Shown: positions 26,177 through 37,924 of the stretch, in pieces
Layout of the letters: every line of letters begins with the position of its first letter
How positions within the stretch are numbered: position 1 is the first letter of the stretch
DNA from: Chiloscyllium plagiosum
Taxonomy: Eukaryota
NCBI RefSeq assembly: GCF_004010195.1
Contig: NC_057753.1
Coordinates: 9,775,333 to 9,839,332 of the forward strand
Reading direction: 5' to 3'
DNA length: 64,000 nucleotides
Position numbers and translations under genes: made by a program
Notes under the pieces: generated by a model
What the model was told of the DNA's origin: nothing
Databases searched by the model: none
What the model saw: only the letters and a program-made list of their open reading frames with translations

Positions 26177-28057
26177 GTCTTAGTTACCCGGGTGAGGAGG
26201 AACTGAAGGATAGAGATTGGGAAGGGGGAGGGCTGGGTATCTTTTCTGTTTTGATGTTTAAAATACACCCGATTCCCACCAGTAACTGCAACAGGTACAA
26301 GTACAGCACATGCTATATTCCTCATTGCAGCTTCAAGCCGGTTTTGTATTCTCTGTTCTTTCTCCACTTCGGCTCTAGCACATTCAGCTTCTTTCCCTCA
26401 TTCACATTCCCCCGCCCCCGCCCTGATGTTCCAAGCTGACCCTCAAAAGATCGGTTTGTCCCTCCATTCTTTCCCGGTGGCGCCCATTACTCTTGTCTAT
26501 TTCTTGCCTTATCCGGCCTTGTGCGTGAACAAAGTTTTGGCGTATATCCTCTTTCACTGCCAGCTGCTTCCTTGTTTGCGAAAGCAACGTTTCCTCCCAT
26601 TTTTCGTCGACACTGAGCCTTCTGATCTCCTTGATTGTTTTTTTGTTTTTGCAGAAGCAGGAAACAGATGCTTATGACTGTTTGTACGAGCATATCTATC
26701 TTAACCCACACCCCCTCCCCTCACAGCACCTTANNNNNNNNNNNNNNNNNNNNNNNNNNNNNNNNNNNNNNNNNNNNNNNNNNNNNNNNNNNNNNNNNNN
26801 NNNNNNNNNNNNNNNNNNNNNNNNNNNNNNNNNNNNNNNNNNNNNNNNNNNNNNNNNNNNNNNNNNNNNNNNNNNNNNNNNNNNNNNNNNNNNNNNNNNN
26901 NNNNNNNNNNNNNNNNNNNNNNNNNNNNNNNNNNNNNNNNNNNNNNNNNNNNNNNNNNNNNNNNNNNNNNNNNNNNNNNNNNNNNNNNNNNNNNNNNNNN
27001 NNNNNNNNNNNNNNNNNNNNNNNNNNNNNNNNNNNNNNNNNNNNNNNNNNNNNNNNNNNNNNNNNNNNNNNNNNNNNNNNNNNNNNNNNNNNNNNNNNNN
27101 NNNNNNNNNNNNNNNNNNNNNNNNNNNNNNNNNNNNNNNNNNNNNNNNNNNNNNNNNNNNNNNNNNNNNNNNNNNNNNNNNNNNNNNNNNNNNNNNNNNN
27201 NNNNNNNNNNNNNNNNNNNNNNNNNNNNNNNNNAATAAAGGGTAGTTGGGACAATGCAGGGAGGAGGAGCCGAGATGATGTAAAGATCAGCCATGATCTT
27301 AACGATGGTGGAACAAGCTGGACGGGCCAACTGGCCGACTCCTGCTTCTCTTACTATGAAACTATAACCCTGCATTTCCCATGGCTAACCCACCTAACCT
27401 GCACATCCCTGGACACTCTGGGCAATTTAGCGTGGCCAATCCAAATCAAGGCTGGTGAGTGATGTGGAAAACGATCAAAGAACTAAAGAAAGGGACAAAG
27501 AGAGAAAATATATCAGCAATCAAAACTGGATTCTAAGGATCACAAAAACTGAAACTAAAAACGGTGTGTCTGCAAGTGTGCTGCATTGTAACAAAAGTGA
27601 ATGAATTGACTGCACACATTCAAGAGAATGATTATGATCAGAGACTCCTTACAGAGACCCGCCTTCAGGACGGCAGAAATTAGATCCTGAATATACAGGG
27701 TTTGGTCAAATGGGAAGCTAGGTAAAGGTAGAGGGTTGGCCCTGCTAATCAAAGCACTGATGACAGGGTAGTCTGGTGTCAGCTCGGATTTCAGGTCCGG
27801 ATTTCTCTGTCCCCTGTTGATCTCCCTGTTCCCACAGAGTAAGATGTTGGTCTGTTCCCAGCTCTGCTGGATTTCTGCTGAAGCTCTGACCCCCTGCTAC
27901 ACCTTCCGGAACAATAAAACATTCAGTCCATTGAGACCCAACCCACAATTGACCAGCCTGTCAACCATCCAGACGTGGAGTGTAGTCATAGCAGGGTTAA
28001 CAAGCAAATAAAATGAAACAAAATTAGAAATAAATTTAATGTTTGTTCATTGGGAAG

Positions 28058-28450
28058 TGTAATGGAAAATTAACATTTATTGTGAAATCTATAAAAGCAT
28101 AGGGGAACAAAGAAGAAGACTTTGCAGAGGGCAAGCATTGCAGACAGACAGAAAAATGTAAAGTTAAACCGACCGAACAGTAGACTTTCAAGGCCAGTAA
28201 ACTACTATATCAACAGTCAAGTAATGAGAAAAACAATTCCATATATGGAAAGGAACTCTAATGTTCCAGGCTCCTGGCCTTGAGGTGTTGATAAGGAAAA
28301 GTGAATTATATTATAAAGGGAATATGGGAAAGCTCTCAGGCACCCCTTACATGAGGCGTGTTGCCAATGTATCGGGTCCCTTTGCAGAGGTTAAAAATAA
28401 ACTTTTTCTTTGCTCTTGCTAATAGTCGAGTCGATTTAATTTGCATGATA
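28058..28450 (+). mobile_element. ERV-A 5' LTR, copy 1
   Basis: TG start, TATAAA at about 28312, AATAAA at about 28396, followed by a PBS; near-identical to 30160-30559. Confidence 0.85.
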
Positions 28451-28457
28451 GTAAACT

Positions 28458-28475
28458 TGGGGGTTCGCCCAGGAC
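28458..28475 (+). promoter_or_regulatory. Primer-binding site, tRNA-Pro-like
   Basis: TGGGGGTTCGCCCAGGAC versus the canonical Pro PBS TGGGGGCTCGTCCGGGAT (14/18); second copy at 30567-30584 matches 15/18. Confidence 0.7.
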
Positions 28476-28986
28476 CCCGCAACTGGGGAAGATTCTGAAG
28501 ATTCCCAGGAGGTGTAGGCGCCAGCGCATTGAAAGACTTTCACTTCATCTCGAGCGCTAAATTGGCCCCTTTCTCCGAGAGGGTTGGGAATCTGTGGATC
28601 ATCCTGGCGCCGGGATCCGAATCGAATAGGTTCCGGGTAAGAGTCGTGGCTTAAGTAATCCTACATAGAGATTCGTTCTAAGAGAATAAATAAATCAGGA
28701 GGAGGGTCCGTTGAACTCTCGCGTGGTATTAGAGTAAAACTCAAGGGAAAGGATTGCTGACTCGAGAGTGTTTAAGAGAGAGCAGGTTTAAGGGTGGTTT
28801 TAGTCCTGGAACCACCACTGGCTGAGTTGGACTTGCCCGGATGCGCCCAATGAGAGGGAACCTCTGTAGATAAAAGTCATATTAGCAAAAAAAAAAGATA
28901 GAGACAGACAGAGAGAGACACACACACACAGACAGACAGACACAGAAAGAGAGAGAGACAGACAGACAGAGACATTCCCAGTATGA

Positions 28987-29501
28987 ATGGACATGACCAA
29001 AATTGCAATGTGTAAACAACACGAAGGTGAGACAGGGTCCCAGTACCTTCCGCGCCTCACTCTAATCCATAATGCCTGGAGTGGACCGACACCACCCGAG
29101 GACATAACGACGGCAGAAATCACACCGTATGAGGCACACCTGAGGAACAGCTTCATCAATGGAATGAAGGACAAAATAGCAAAAAAAGTAAAAGACACAT
29201 TTATTACCTGGGACACGGGAAAGCTCAATTTGATAGAACAAGACGCGATACATGCTGAAAAATTGCTGGCTCAAGAGAAGGATAAGCTCAGCTTGCTATG
29301 ATGCAAACGGTCGCCCAGCCGTTGGAGGGAGATGCTGTGGGAAAAGGGAGAGGCAGAGGTGGAGGTCGCGGAAGAGGAAGAGGGGCTGGCAGAGGTAGAT
29401 CTGGCAGGTACTTTGTTTGCGGAGCAATGGACCACCGGGCAAGGCAGTGCCCACACAGACAGCCTCAGTCAGCCCTGGAGGCTGGACAGCAGGGTGACTG
29501 A
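28987..29501 (+). pseudogene. gag: ERV-A gag remnant (capsid C-terminus, RG-rich region, zinc knuckle)
   Basis: MHR-like KQHEGETGSQYLPRL; GRGRG tract; YFVCGAMDHRARQCP (CCHC knuckle with first Cys mutated); TGA at 29499-29501. Confidence 0.85.
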
Positions 29502-29689
29502 CGGGAGAAGGCGAAGGTGGAGGTGGGCAGCGCACAAGGGACAGGTAAGCCTCTTTCCTTTATGCTTGGCAATGAAGACTCGCTTATGCTAATCTCTTCT
29601 ACTAACCTTACAGGCACTGAGACATGTCCCACCTCCATAGTGAGTGCTGAGATTGCGGACCATACGTTCACTATAACATTGATGCGTAT

Positions 29690-29900
29690 AAGTTGATGCC
29701 TACCTCTATGTCATACGTGGAACGTACACCAGTTACCTTTTTGGTAGGTACAGGGGCAACATATTCAGTCCTTAAAATCAGGTCAGTTCAGAGAGTCAAC
29801 GAAAATAACGATGAGTGGAAGGTTCCTGAACTCAATGGGTGTATCAGGAGTTGTGATAAGAGAGGGGTTTACCACACCCCTGTTGTGCAAAACCAGTAAT
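29690..29900 (+). pseudogene. pro: ERV-A aspartic protease remnant
   Basis: VTFLVGTGATYSVL, i.e. the FLVDTGA motif with catalytic D mutated to G. Confidence 0.8.
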
Positions 29901-30159
29901 CCCCTGTTGATCTCCCTGTTCCCACAGAGCAAGATGTGTGTCTGTTCTCTGCTCTGCTGGATTTCTGCTCAAGCTCTGACCCCCTGCTACACCTTCCGGA
30001 ACAATAAAACATTCAGTCCATTGAGACCCAACCCACAATTGACCAGCCTGTCAACCATCCAGACGTGGAGTGTAGTCATAGCAGGGTTAACAAGCAAATA
30101 AAATGAAACAAAACTAGAAATAAATAGGTGCTTGTGTTTAATGTTTGTTCATTGGGAAG

Positions 30160-30559
30160 TGTATTGGAAAGTTAACATTTATTGTGAAATCTATAAAAGC
30201 ATAGGGGAACAAAGAAGTAAGGGCCTGACTTTGCAGAGGGTAAGCATTGCAGACAGACAGAAAAATGTAAAGTTAAACCGACCTAACAGTAGACTTTCAA
30301 GGCCAGTAAACTACTATATCAACAGTCAAGTAATGAGAAAAACAATTCCATATATGGAAAGGAACTCTAATGTTCCAGGCTCCTGGCCTTGAGGTGTTGA
30401 TAAGCAAAAGTGAATTATATTATAAAGGGAATATGGGAAAGCCATCAGGCACCCCTTACATGGGGCGTCTTGCCAATGTATCGGGTCCCTTTGCAGAGGT
30501 TAAAAATAAACTTTTTCTTTGCTCTTGCTAATAGTCGAGTCGATTTAATTTGCATGATA
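30160..30559 (+). mobile_element. ERV-A 5' LTR, copy 2 (tandem duplicate)
   Basis: Near-identical to 28058-28450, with the same upstream flank and downstream leader. Confidence 0.85.
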
Positions 30560-31187
30560 GTAAACTTGGGGGCTCGCCCAGGACCCCGCAACTGGGGAAG
30601 ATTCTGAAGATTCCCAGGAGGTGTAGGCGCCAGCGCCTTGAAGGACTTTCACTTCATCTCAAGCGCTAAATTGGCCCCTTTCGCAAGAGGGTTGGGAATC
30701 TGTGGATCATCCTGGCGCCGGGTTCCGAATCGAATAGGTTCCGGGTCAGAGTCGTGGCTTAAGTAATCCTACATAGAGACTCGTTCTAAGAGAATAAATA
30801 AATCAGGAGGCGGGTCCAGTGAACTCTCGCGCGGTATTAGAGTAAAACTCAAGGGAAAGGATTGCTGTCTCTAGAGTGTTTTAGAGAGCAGGTTTAAGGG
30901 TGGTTTTAGCCCTGGAACCACCACTGGCTGAGTTGGACTTGCCCGGATGCGCCGAATGAGGGAACCTCTGGAGATAAAAGTCATATTCGCAAAAAAAAAA
31001 AGAGAGACAGACACAGAGAGAGAGAGAGAGACACACAGACAGACAGACACAGAAAGAGAGAGAGACAGACAGAGAGACAGAGACATTCCCAGTATGAATG
31101 CACATGTGTAAACAACACGAAGGTGAGACAGTGTCCCAGTACCGTCCGCGCCTCACTCTAATCCATAATGCCTGGAGTGGACCGACA

Positions 31188-34100
31188 GGCTTGCCGGTAA
31201 TACGAAAAGATGATTTACCAGTGCAGGCTGTAAAATACAACTCACGACCCCTGATATATGTCTATGAATGGCGATTAAGCCAGACAGCGATAAGTTCAGT
31301 GAGCAATTCACTCGCCCTGGAAGCAAGTAACCATGTTCATCCTATTAACACTGATTTTCTCGCTGGGGATATGCTGCACTGCACAACACACATACACCGC
31401 GATAGCCCTGACAAATCATATGGGAAGGATTGGTTCAGGAGACGGGTTAAACCAGATCAATTGTCATTGTGCGAATTTTATTGGAATGACTACAGATGTG
31501 CAGTCAGTGTGAACTTATCTAAGGTCTCTGTGACGGCAAGGAGAACCTATCTTTTTGACGTGGAAGGCTCTTTTCCTCACGTGTCATTGGGGAAGGCGTC
31601 CGGCAACAGGTGGCAGGATTTGGGACCATGGGTACGAAAGGCACAAAAAACCTAAAGATTGGGTCTTGAGGGACCATGTGGGTATCTGGTTCAGTGAAGA
31701 TATGCGGACATAGAGGAAAAAACTAAATTGGCTAACTCAGACAGATAGGGCAGTCCAGGTAACCCCGGCTAGCCCTGGAGAGCCTAGGAAGGTAGCCTTA
31801 TACTATATTGGCATTTTGCTAAAATAGAAATCTCGGACCCAAGATTGCGAAAGGTCCCTACTGAGAGCTGTGGGCAAAAGGCAAACATGACGTGGGGCTC
31901 ATACGAGGCTGTGAACCCATACAAATAACCCCGAAGTCTGAGTATCGGCCATGCAGAGCACAACACCCGTTAAAACCTGAGGCTATCGAAGGAATTACTC
32001 CAGTCTTTGAATCCCTCCTAAAGGCTGGAGTGATAATCCCCGGTGAAAACTCACTGGCGAGAACCCCCATTTTTCCAGTCAAAAACGCAAATATTCCAGG
32101 TGAACCAGAGGAATGGAGGTTTGTTCAAGACATGCAGGCAGTCAGTAACGCTGTTGTTCCACACGCCCCAAATGTTCCCAACCCCTATACTATATTGGCT
32201 CAAATTCCACCGGACAGTAAATGGTTCTCTGTTGTGGATTTAGCAAAAGCCTTCTTTAGTGTACTGGTACACCCAGATAGTCAATCTGGTTCACTTTTTC
32301 ATTCAAAGGAAAATCGTATACCTTCACGTGACTTGGTCAAGGTTACTGTGAGTCCCCCCACCATATATAATGAGGCTCTACGCAGGAGTCTGGAGATTCT
32401 TGTTTTAACCCCAGGGTCAGCGCTTCTGCTGGATGTAGATGATTGCTTAATAGCAGCACCAACAGAGGAACAATGTGAGAAAGATACCCTTGCGTTGCTC
32501 TGCCATCCAGCGAGGGAAGGGCACAAGCCTTTTGTACAAACGGTAGATGTGAAGCATGGCTGCATGACATCTCTGCTGTTGCAGGACATGGGGCAAAATT
32601 GAGACCGGTAGCTTATTTTTCGGCAAAACTAAACCCCATAGTGGAGGATTGCCTAAATGCCTGCGAGCTGTGGCTGCAGCTAAAAGGGGTGTTGTAACAT
32701 CCAGGGACATAGTCGGCTATAGTGTATTAACCCTACTGGCCCCACATGCAGTATCTTTACTGCTACCCACGAGGTAGTCAAAGCGGGATCACTCCCTTCT
32801 CATCTGTCAGCGCAAGTAGCAGAGCTGATAGCCAAATTACATGTCTCAGTCAAGGCAAAGGGAAGGACAGTGAATATTTACACAGACAGCAGATATGCAT
32901 TTGGGGTTGTACATGATTTTGGAACCCTATGGAAACACAGGGGCTTCTTGACCTCTTCTGGAAAGCCCATCACACACCCTGGCCTGATGTCTGACCTCCT
33001 GGAAGCTGTCCGATTGCCCAAATCACTCGCTGTGTGTAGGTGTGAAGCCCACACAAAAAATAACGGTTCCATTTCTCAAGGCAATGCGAAGGCAGACTCA
33101 GCAGCAAGGACAGCAGCCCAGCAGCCGCCAAGTGATCAGTTTGACATGTGTATGACAAAACTTTGTACCCCAACAACAGACATATGGGAGTTACAGTCAC
33201 AGGCCACGCCGGAGGAGAAGCGTGAGTGGACAAGGGCAGGGTGCAGCATGATGGAAGGGGTGTGGTGTGGCCCCAATGGTAAACCCTGTCTGCCGCGATC
33301 ATTATTCCCATTCTATGCCAAACTGACACACGGGTGTCAAAAAGGGGCGGGGGTGGGGGGGGTGGGGGAGATGTACAACAGTATTGCAGCACACTGGTAC
33401 ACTAAGGGATTTACTCATTACTCCTAGAAATATTGTGAATGATGTGTTATCTGTGCCCCTATTAGTGTGGGGAGGGGAATACAGATGAGTCAGGCAGCAC
33501 ACCCCCAACCCCAAAGACCCTTGGAATATTTACGGATGGATTTTATTGAACTAACACACAACTGAGGGAAAAAATATTGCCTGGTAATAGTTGGTATGTT
33601 TTCCAAATGGGTGGAAGCATTCCCCACATCTAAACAGGATGCCAGTGCCGTAGCCAAGGCTTTGCTAACTGAAATAATTCCAAGATGGGGCATCACTGAA
33701 AGGCTTAGTAGTGACAATGGGACACCATTTGTCAATAATGCCTTACAGCAGATCAGTGATTACTTGGGAATAAACATGAGACAACACTGTGCCTACCACC
33801 CAGCGAGCGATGGGGCAGTGGAACGAGAGAATGCTACCCTAAAAAATAAATTGACAAAATGCTGTGAGGAACTCGGGGTGACATGGACAAAGGCACTTCC
33901 AATTGTGCTAATGTATATGAGATCTAAAAGGAGAGGAAGACCCAATCTTAGCCCGTTTGAGATTTTGTTTGGTAGGCCGCCTAATACAGGAGTTGGCCCA
34001 AGACCTAAAGCAAGACAAATAACTGACCGCAGTGAGGATGAGATGTTGTGTTACTGTATAAAACTCTAGACTTTTGTCTCAAATACAGAATCAAGTGAAG

Positions 34101-34670
34101 GCAGCACTACCCCAACCAGCAGAAGGGAAACTGCACGATCTAGAACCTGGAGACTGGATAGTGATGAAAGGCTTCAAGAGGACAAGCTGGAAGGCGAAGA
34201 GGTGGCTGGGGNNNNNNNNNNNNNNNNNNNNNNNNNNNNNNNNNNNNNNNNNNNNNNNNNNNNNNNNNNNNNNNNNNNNNNNNNNNNNNNNNNNNNNNNN
34301 NNNNNNNNNNNNNNNAATACAGGAGTTGGCCCAAGACCTAAAGCAAGACAAATAACAGACCACAGTGAGGATGAGATGTTGTGTTACTGTATAAAACTCT
34401 AGACTTTTGTCTCAAATACAGAATCAAGTGAAGGCAGCACTTCCCCATCCAGCAGAAGGGAAGCTGCACGATCTAGAACCTGGAGACTGGATAGTGATGA
34501 AAGGCTTCAAGAGGACAAGCTGGAAGGCGAAGAGGCGGCTGGGGCCGTTTCAAGTGCTCCTTACAACACAACAGCTATTAAGATCACTGAAAGAACCACG
34601 TGGATACATGCCAGCCATTGCAAATGTGTAGCTGGACCTGAGGAGACATCGGACAGCACCGGAACCAAAT
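31188..34670 (+). pseudogene. pol: ERV-A pol remnant: 2H-like domain, RT, tether, RNase H, integrase
   Basis: LHCTT/PHVSL; RT TPIFPVK, WRFVQD, FSVVDLAKAFF, DVDD (for YVDD); RNase H NIYTDSRYAFG, GNAKAD; IN FSKWVEAFP, SDNG, VEREN, LGPFQVLL; internal deletions, stops and a gap. Confidence 0.92.
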
Positions 34671-34737
34671 AAGTGCAAGCAGTGAAACTCCGATAACTAG
34701 ATTGGACTTATATACATGGGGATTGTAAGGTTGCTAG

Positions 34738-36620
34738 ATGCTTCATATAAATTTGGGGCTGCCCCAGCTCACACTGTCAGTCAGCGCCCTGGCAGGACTA
34801 TTCCCAAGGGCAGGGGCATCTGAGATACAGCCGCAGACAGTAATCATAACCGAGGGTGCTAAGGGGACCTTTAAATGTGACCCATGGCTGTTTAGTAACC
34901 AGGATGACTATAAATGGGATGATAAATATTTATGCAGGAATCCTTGTGTCCCAGTGACTGGCACCTAATAGTGGCCAACACGGCTACAGGAACACCTGAC
35001 ACAGGAAATAGGTATTCTATTATCAACGAAGGAGGTCCCAGGGCACGGGTAATAATACCAAGACTCAGAAGAATGATGAGGGTGTCTGGTGGTGTGGAAT
35101 AGATAGACCCTTCTCCAACATTTATAGAAAGGTGAAGATAGTGGTACAGTCCTCCCCACCCCCCCCCCCCCCCCCCACCCCACCCCCACACACACACACC
35201 CACCCGGCAGAAGGTCCTACAGAAGATAGTAGCACCAGGGCACGACAACCAAACAAACCAAATCATGGACATAACCCCAAGCAGGGCAAAGGGCATTAAT
35301 GTCACACCAGAACCTTGAGGAAGTCAGCCGGGGCTCAGGAGCGAGCCTAACTCGGTCGTGGAATTGGCCCTCCATGAGATAAATGGTGTAAATGCAACGC
35401 CAGTAGGTTGGGAGGTGCGAAGGGCCATCACTAGATGTGAAGGGAACAGAGCTTGTGCCTTGGCCCAAATACACCGGAGATTAGAGGTTGGCTACCCTTG
35501 TTGGATATGTTTGCACACAGCCCAGTGGTGGACTGCCGAACCAATCACAGAACCCGGCAAGAAATGCTAGCTGCCTGCTTCTGCGGGCAGCGACTATCCT
35601 GACCCTGATTGGGGGAGCAATAAGGACAAAACTCGCGCCAGACCCGAACGCAAGGCTAACTGCAGTGCAAAGGCTGACTCGCTCCCGACCACAGCCTTCC
35701 ATATAGTGGAAGGCAGGGGAGAAACGTGTATTTGCACAAATCAGGGGAGACTCCATTTAGGGATCTCCCAATGTATTACGACATTGTACTTGAACAACGA
35801 TTCTTGCTCAGCAACCTACGCAAATGGTACGATCAACATTACTTGTTCCTTTAATCAGTAATCAGACCATGATGGCGGGTTTAATATGGGCCTGTGGAGA
35901 GAGAGGGTACCACCACCTTCCTCCAGGATGGAAAGGGTGCTGCTACCCCATGGTACTGTCCACTGGCACAACAGTGTTCGTCCCAAAAGCTAGTAATGGG
36001 CAAACCCGAAGGGACGTGCCACAGAATTGGAAGGGGAACACACTCGCAGACCCCTGGACTACACCAGGAGCGAACATTGGGTGGTCTATTCTCTTGGGAG
36101 CTGGGACAACATTGGCAATAAACAAGATTAATGGCCTGGCATATAGTATATTACTGTTAGCAAATGAGACGGAGGAAGGTCTAGCACTCACCATTACTGA
36201 ATTTACAGCAGTAAGGGAAGCAGCGATGCAAAATCGATTAGTACTAATCATACTGATGGCAGAGAGGGGGGCGTCTGCAAATTGTTATGTACCTCCTGCT
36301 GTTTTAATATTCCTGATGAGTCCCAGAATATCACTAGTGTGATAAATCATATGAAGGCGGCAGTAAGACCGCCTCCCCCAGCATATGACTCTTGGTTCCA
36401 ACAGCTTACCGCCCTTTGGGGAGCTTGGGGGTATTGGATCCTACATGCTCTACTAGTTGTAGGGCTGGTCTAACTGATAGTGCTTTGTATAAGGACCCTG
36501 CTTGTGTACCTGCCTATGGCGTTTGCTTAGGAGTGCAGCGGGATACCAAGTGGTAAAACGACCAGAGGTTCCACCGCAGGAAGACCTGATTGCGTGGATC
36601 CCACCACACAGTAACGCTGA
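34738..36620 (+). pseudogene. env: ERV-A env remnant (gamma-type) with N-terminal Ig V-set domain
   Basis: Signal-like LTLSVSALAGLFPRAGAS; IgV; Pro tract; CWIC; WACG...LPPGWKGCC; QTRR cleavage-like site; QNRLVLIILMAERGGVC (ISD); CKLLCTSCC (CX6CC); hydrophobic anchor. Confidence 0.88.
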
Positions 36621-36847
36621 AGTGTGTGACGTGTGAAAATGAGCTATGTACAGGGCAGCAGGTCAGGCAGCATCCAAGGAGCAGGAAAATCGACGTTTCG
36701 GACATGAGCCCTTCTCCAGCATCTACAGTCCTCACTTTCTCCCATGTACAGGGCACACCAGAGCAAGTGGCGATAACACCAGAAAGCTGTGTTACAGGTA
36801 GATGATGTTGGAGGAAAGGCCTGGTGCTCCCTAAGCAGTCTGATGTA

Positions 36848-37505
36848 AGCAAATGAGACGGAGGAAGGTCTAGCACTCACCATTACTGAATTAACAGCAG
36901 TAAGGGAAGCTGATGGCACAAAGGGGGGCATCTGCAAATTGTTATGTACCTCCTGCTGTTTTAATATTCCCGATGAGTCCCAGAATATCACTAGTGTGAT
37001 AAATCATATGAAGGCGACAGTAAGACCGCCTCCCCCAGCATATGACTCTTGGTTCCAACGGCTTACCGCCCTTTGGGGAGCTTGGGGGTATTGGATCCTA
37101 CACGCTCTACTAGTTATAGGGCTGGTCATACTGATAGTTCTTTGTATTAGGAGCCTGCTTGTGTACCTGCCTATGGCGTTTGCTTATGAGTGCAGCAGGA
37201 TACCAAGTGGTAAAACGACCAGAGGTTCCACCGCAGGAAGACCTGATTGCATGGATCCCACCATACAGTAACGCTGAAGTGTGTGACGTGTGAAAATGAG
37301 CTATGTACAGAGCAGCAGGTCAGGCAGCATCCAAGGAGCAGGAAAATCGACGTTTCGGACATGAGCCCTTCTCTAGCATCTGCAGTCCTCACTTTCTCCT
37401 ATGTACAGGGCACACCAGAGCAAGTGGCGATAACACCAGAAAGCTGTGTTACAGGTAGACGGTGTCGGAGGAAAGGCCTGGTGCTCTCTAAGCAGTCTGA
37501 TGTAT
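36848..37505 (+). repeat. Tandem duplicate of the env TM and 3' region (36159-36847)
   Basis: Both copies start GCAAATGAGACGGAGGAAGGTC; the second lacks part of the ISD. Confidence 0.9.
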
Positions 37506-37539
37506 AGCTATCTGGCTCGGTATATTTTCATGTCATTGT

Positions 37540-37924
37540 TGTCATGAAATGGAAAATTAACATCCATTGTGAAATCTATAAAGGCATAGGGGAACAGAGA
37601 AGGAAGGATCTGACTGGAACTAAGGTATTGCAAACAAACAAAAATGTAAAGGCAAACCGACCTAACAGCAGACTTACAAGGCCAGTTAAACTCCCATATC
37701 AGCAGCCAAGAAATGAGAAAATCAACCCCATGTACGGAAAGGAACTTGAATGTTCCAGGCCTCTAGCCATGCAGGAGCTGATAAGGAAAAGCGAATTATA
37801 GTATAAAGGGAGTACGTGAAAGCTATCATGTGCCCCTTACATGAGGCGTCTTGCCAATGTATTGGGTCCTTTTGCAAAGGTCTGAAATAAACATTTGAAT
37901 CGAGTCAATGTAATTCCCACGACA
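37540..37924 (+). mobile_element. LTR related to the ERV-A LTR (diverged; 3' LTR or independent solo LTR)
   Basis: Colinear with 30160-30559 but with many substitutions; termini TGTCATG...CACGACA. Confidence 0.8.

Noticed and set aside
33984..34545. Duplication of the integrase C-terminus
   Set aside because: Near-identical copies directly flank an N gap; probably an unmerged contig overlap or alleles.
34738..35150. Host CD300/pIgR-like gene exon
   Set aside because: Signal peptide and V domain are contiguous without an intron, and the segment lies between integrase and SU in proviral orientation, so it is treated as part of env.
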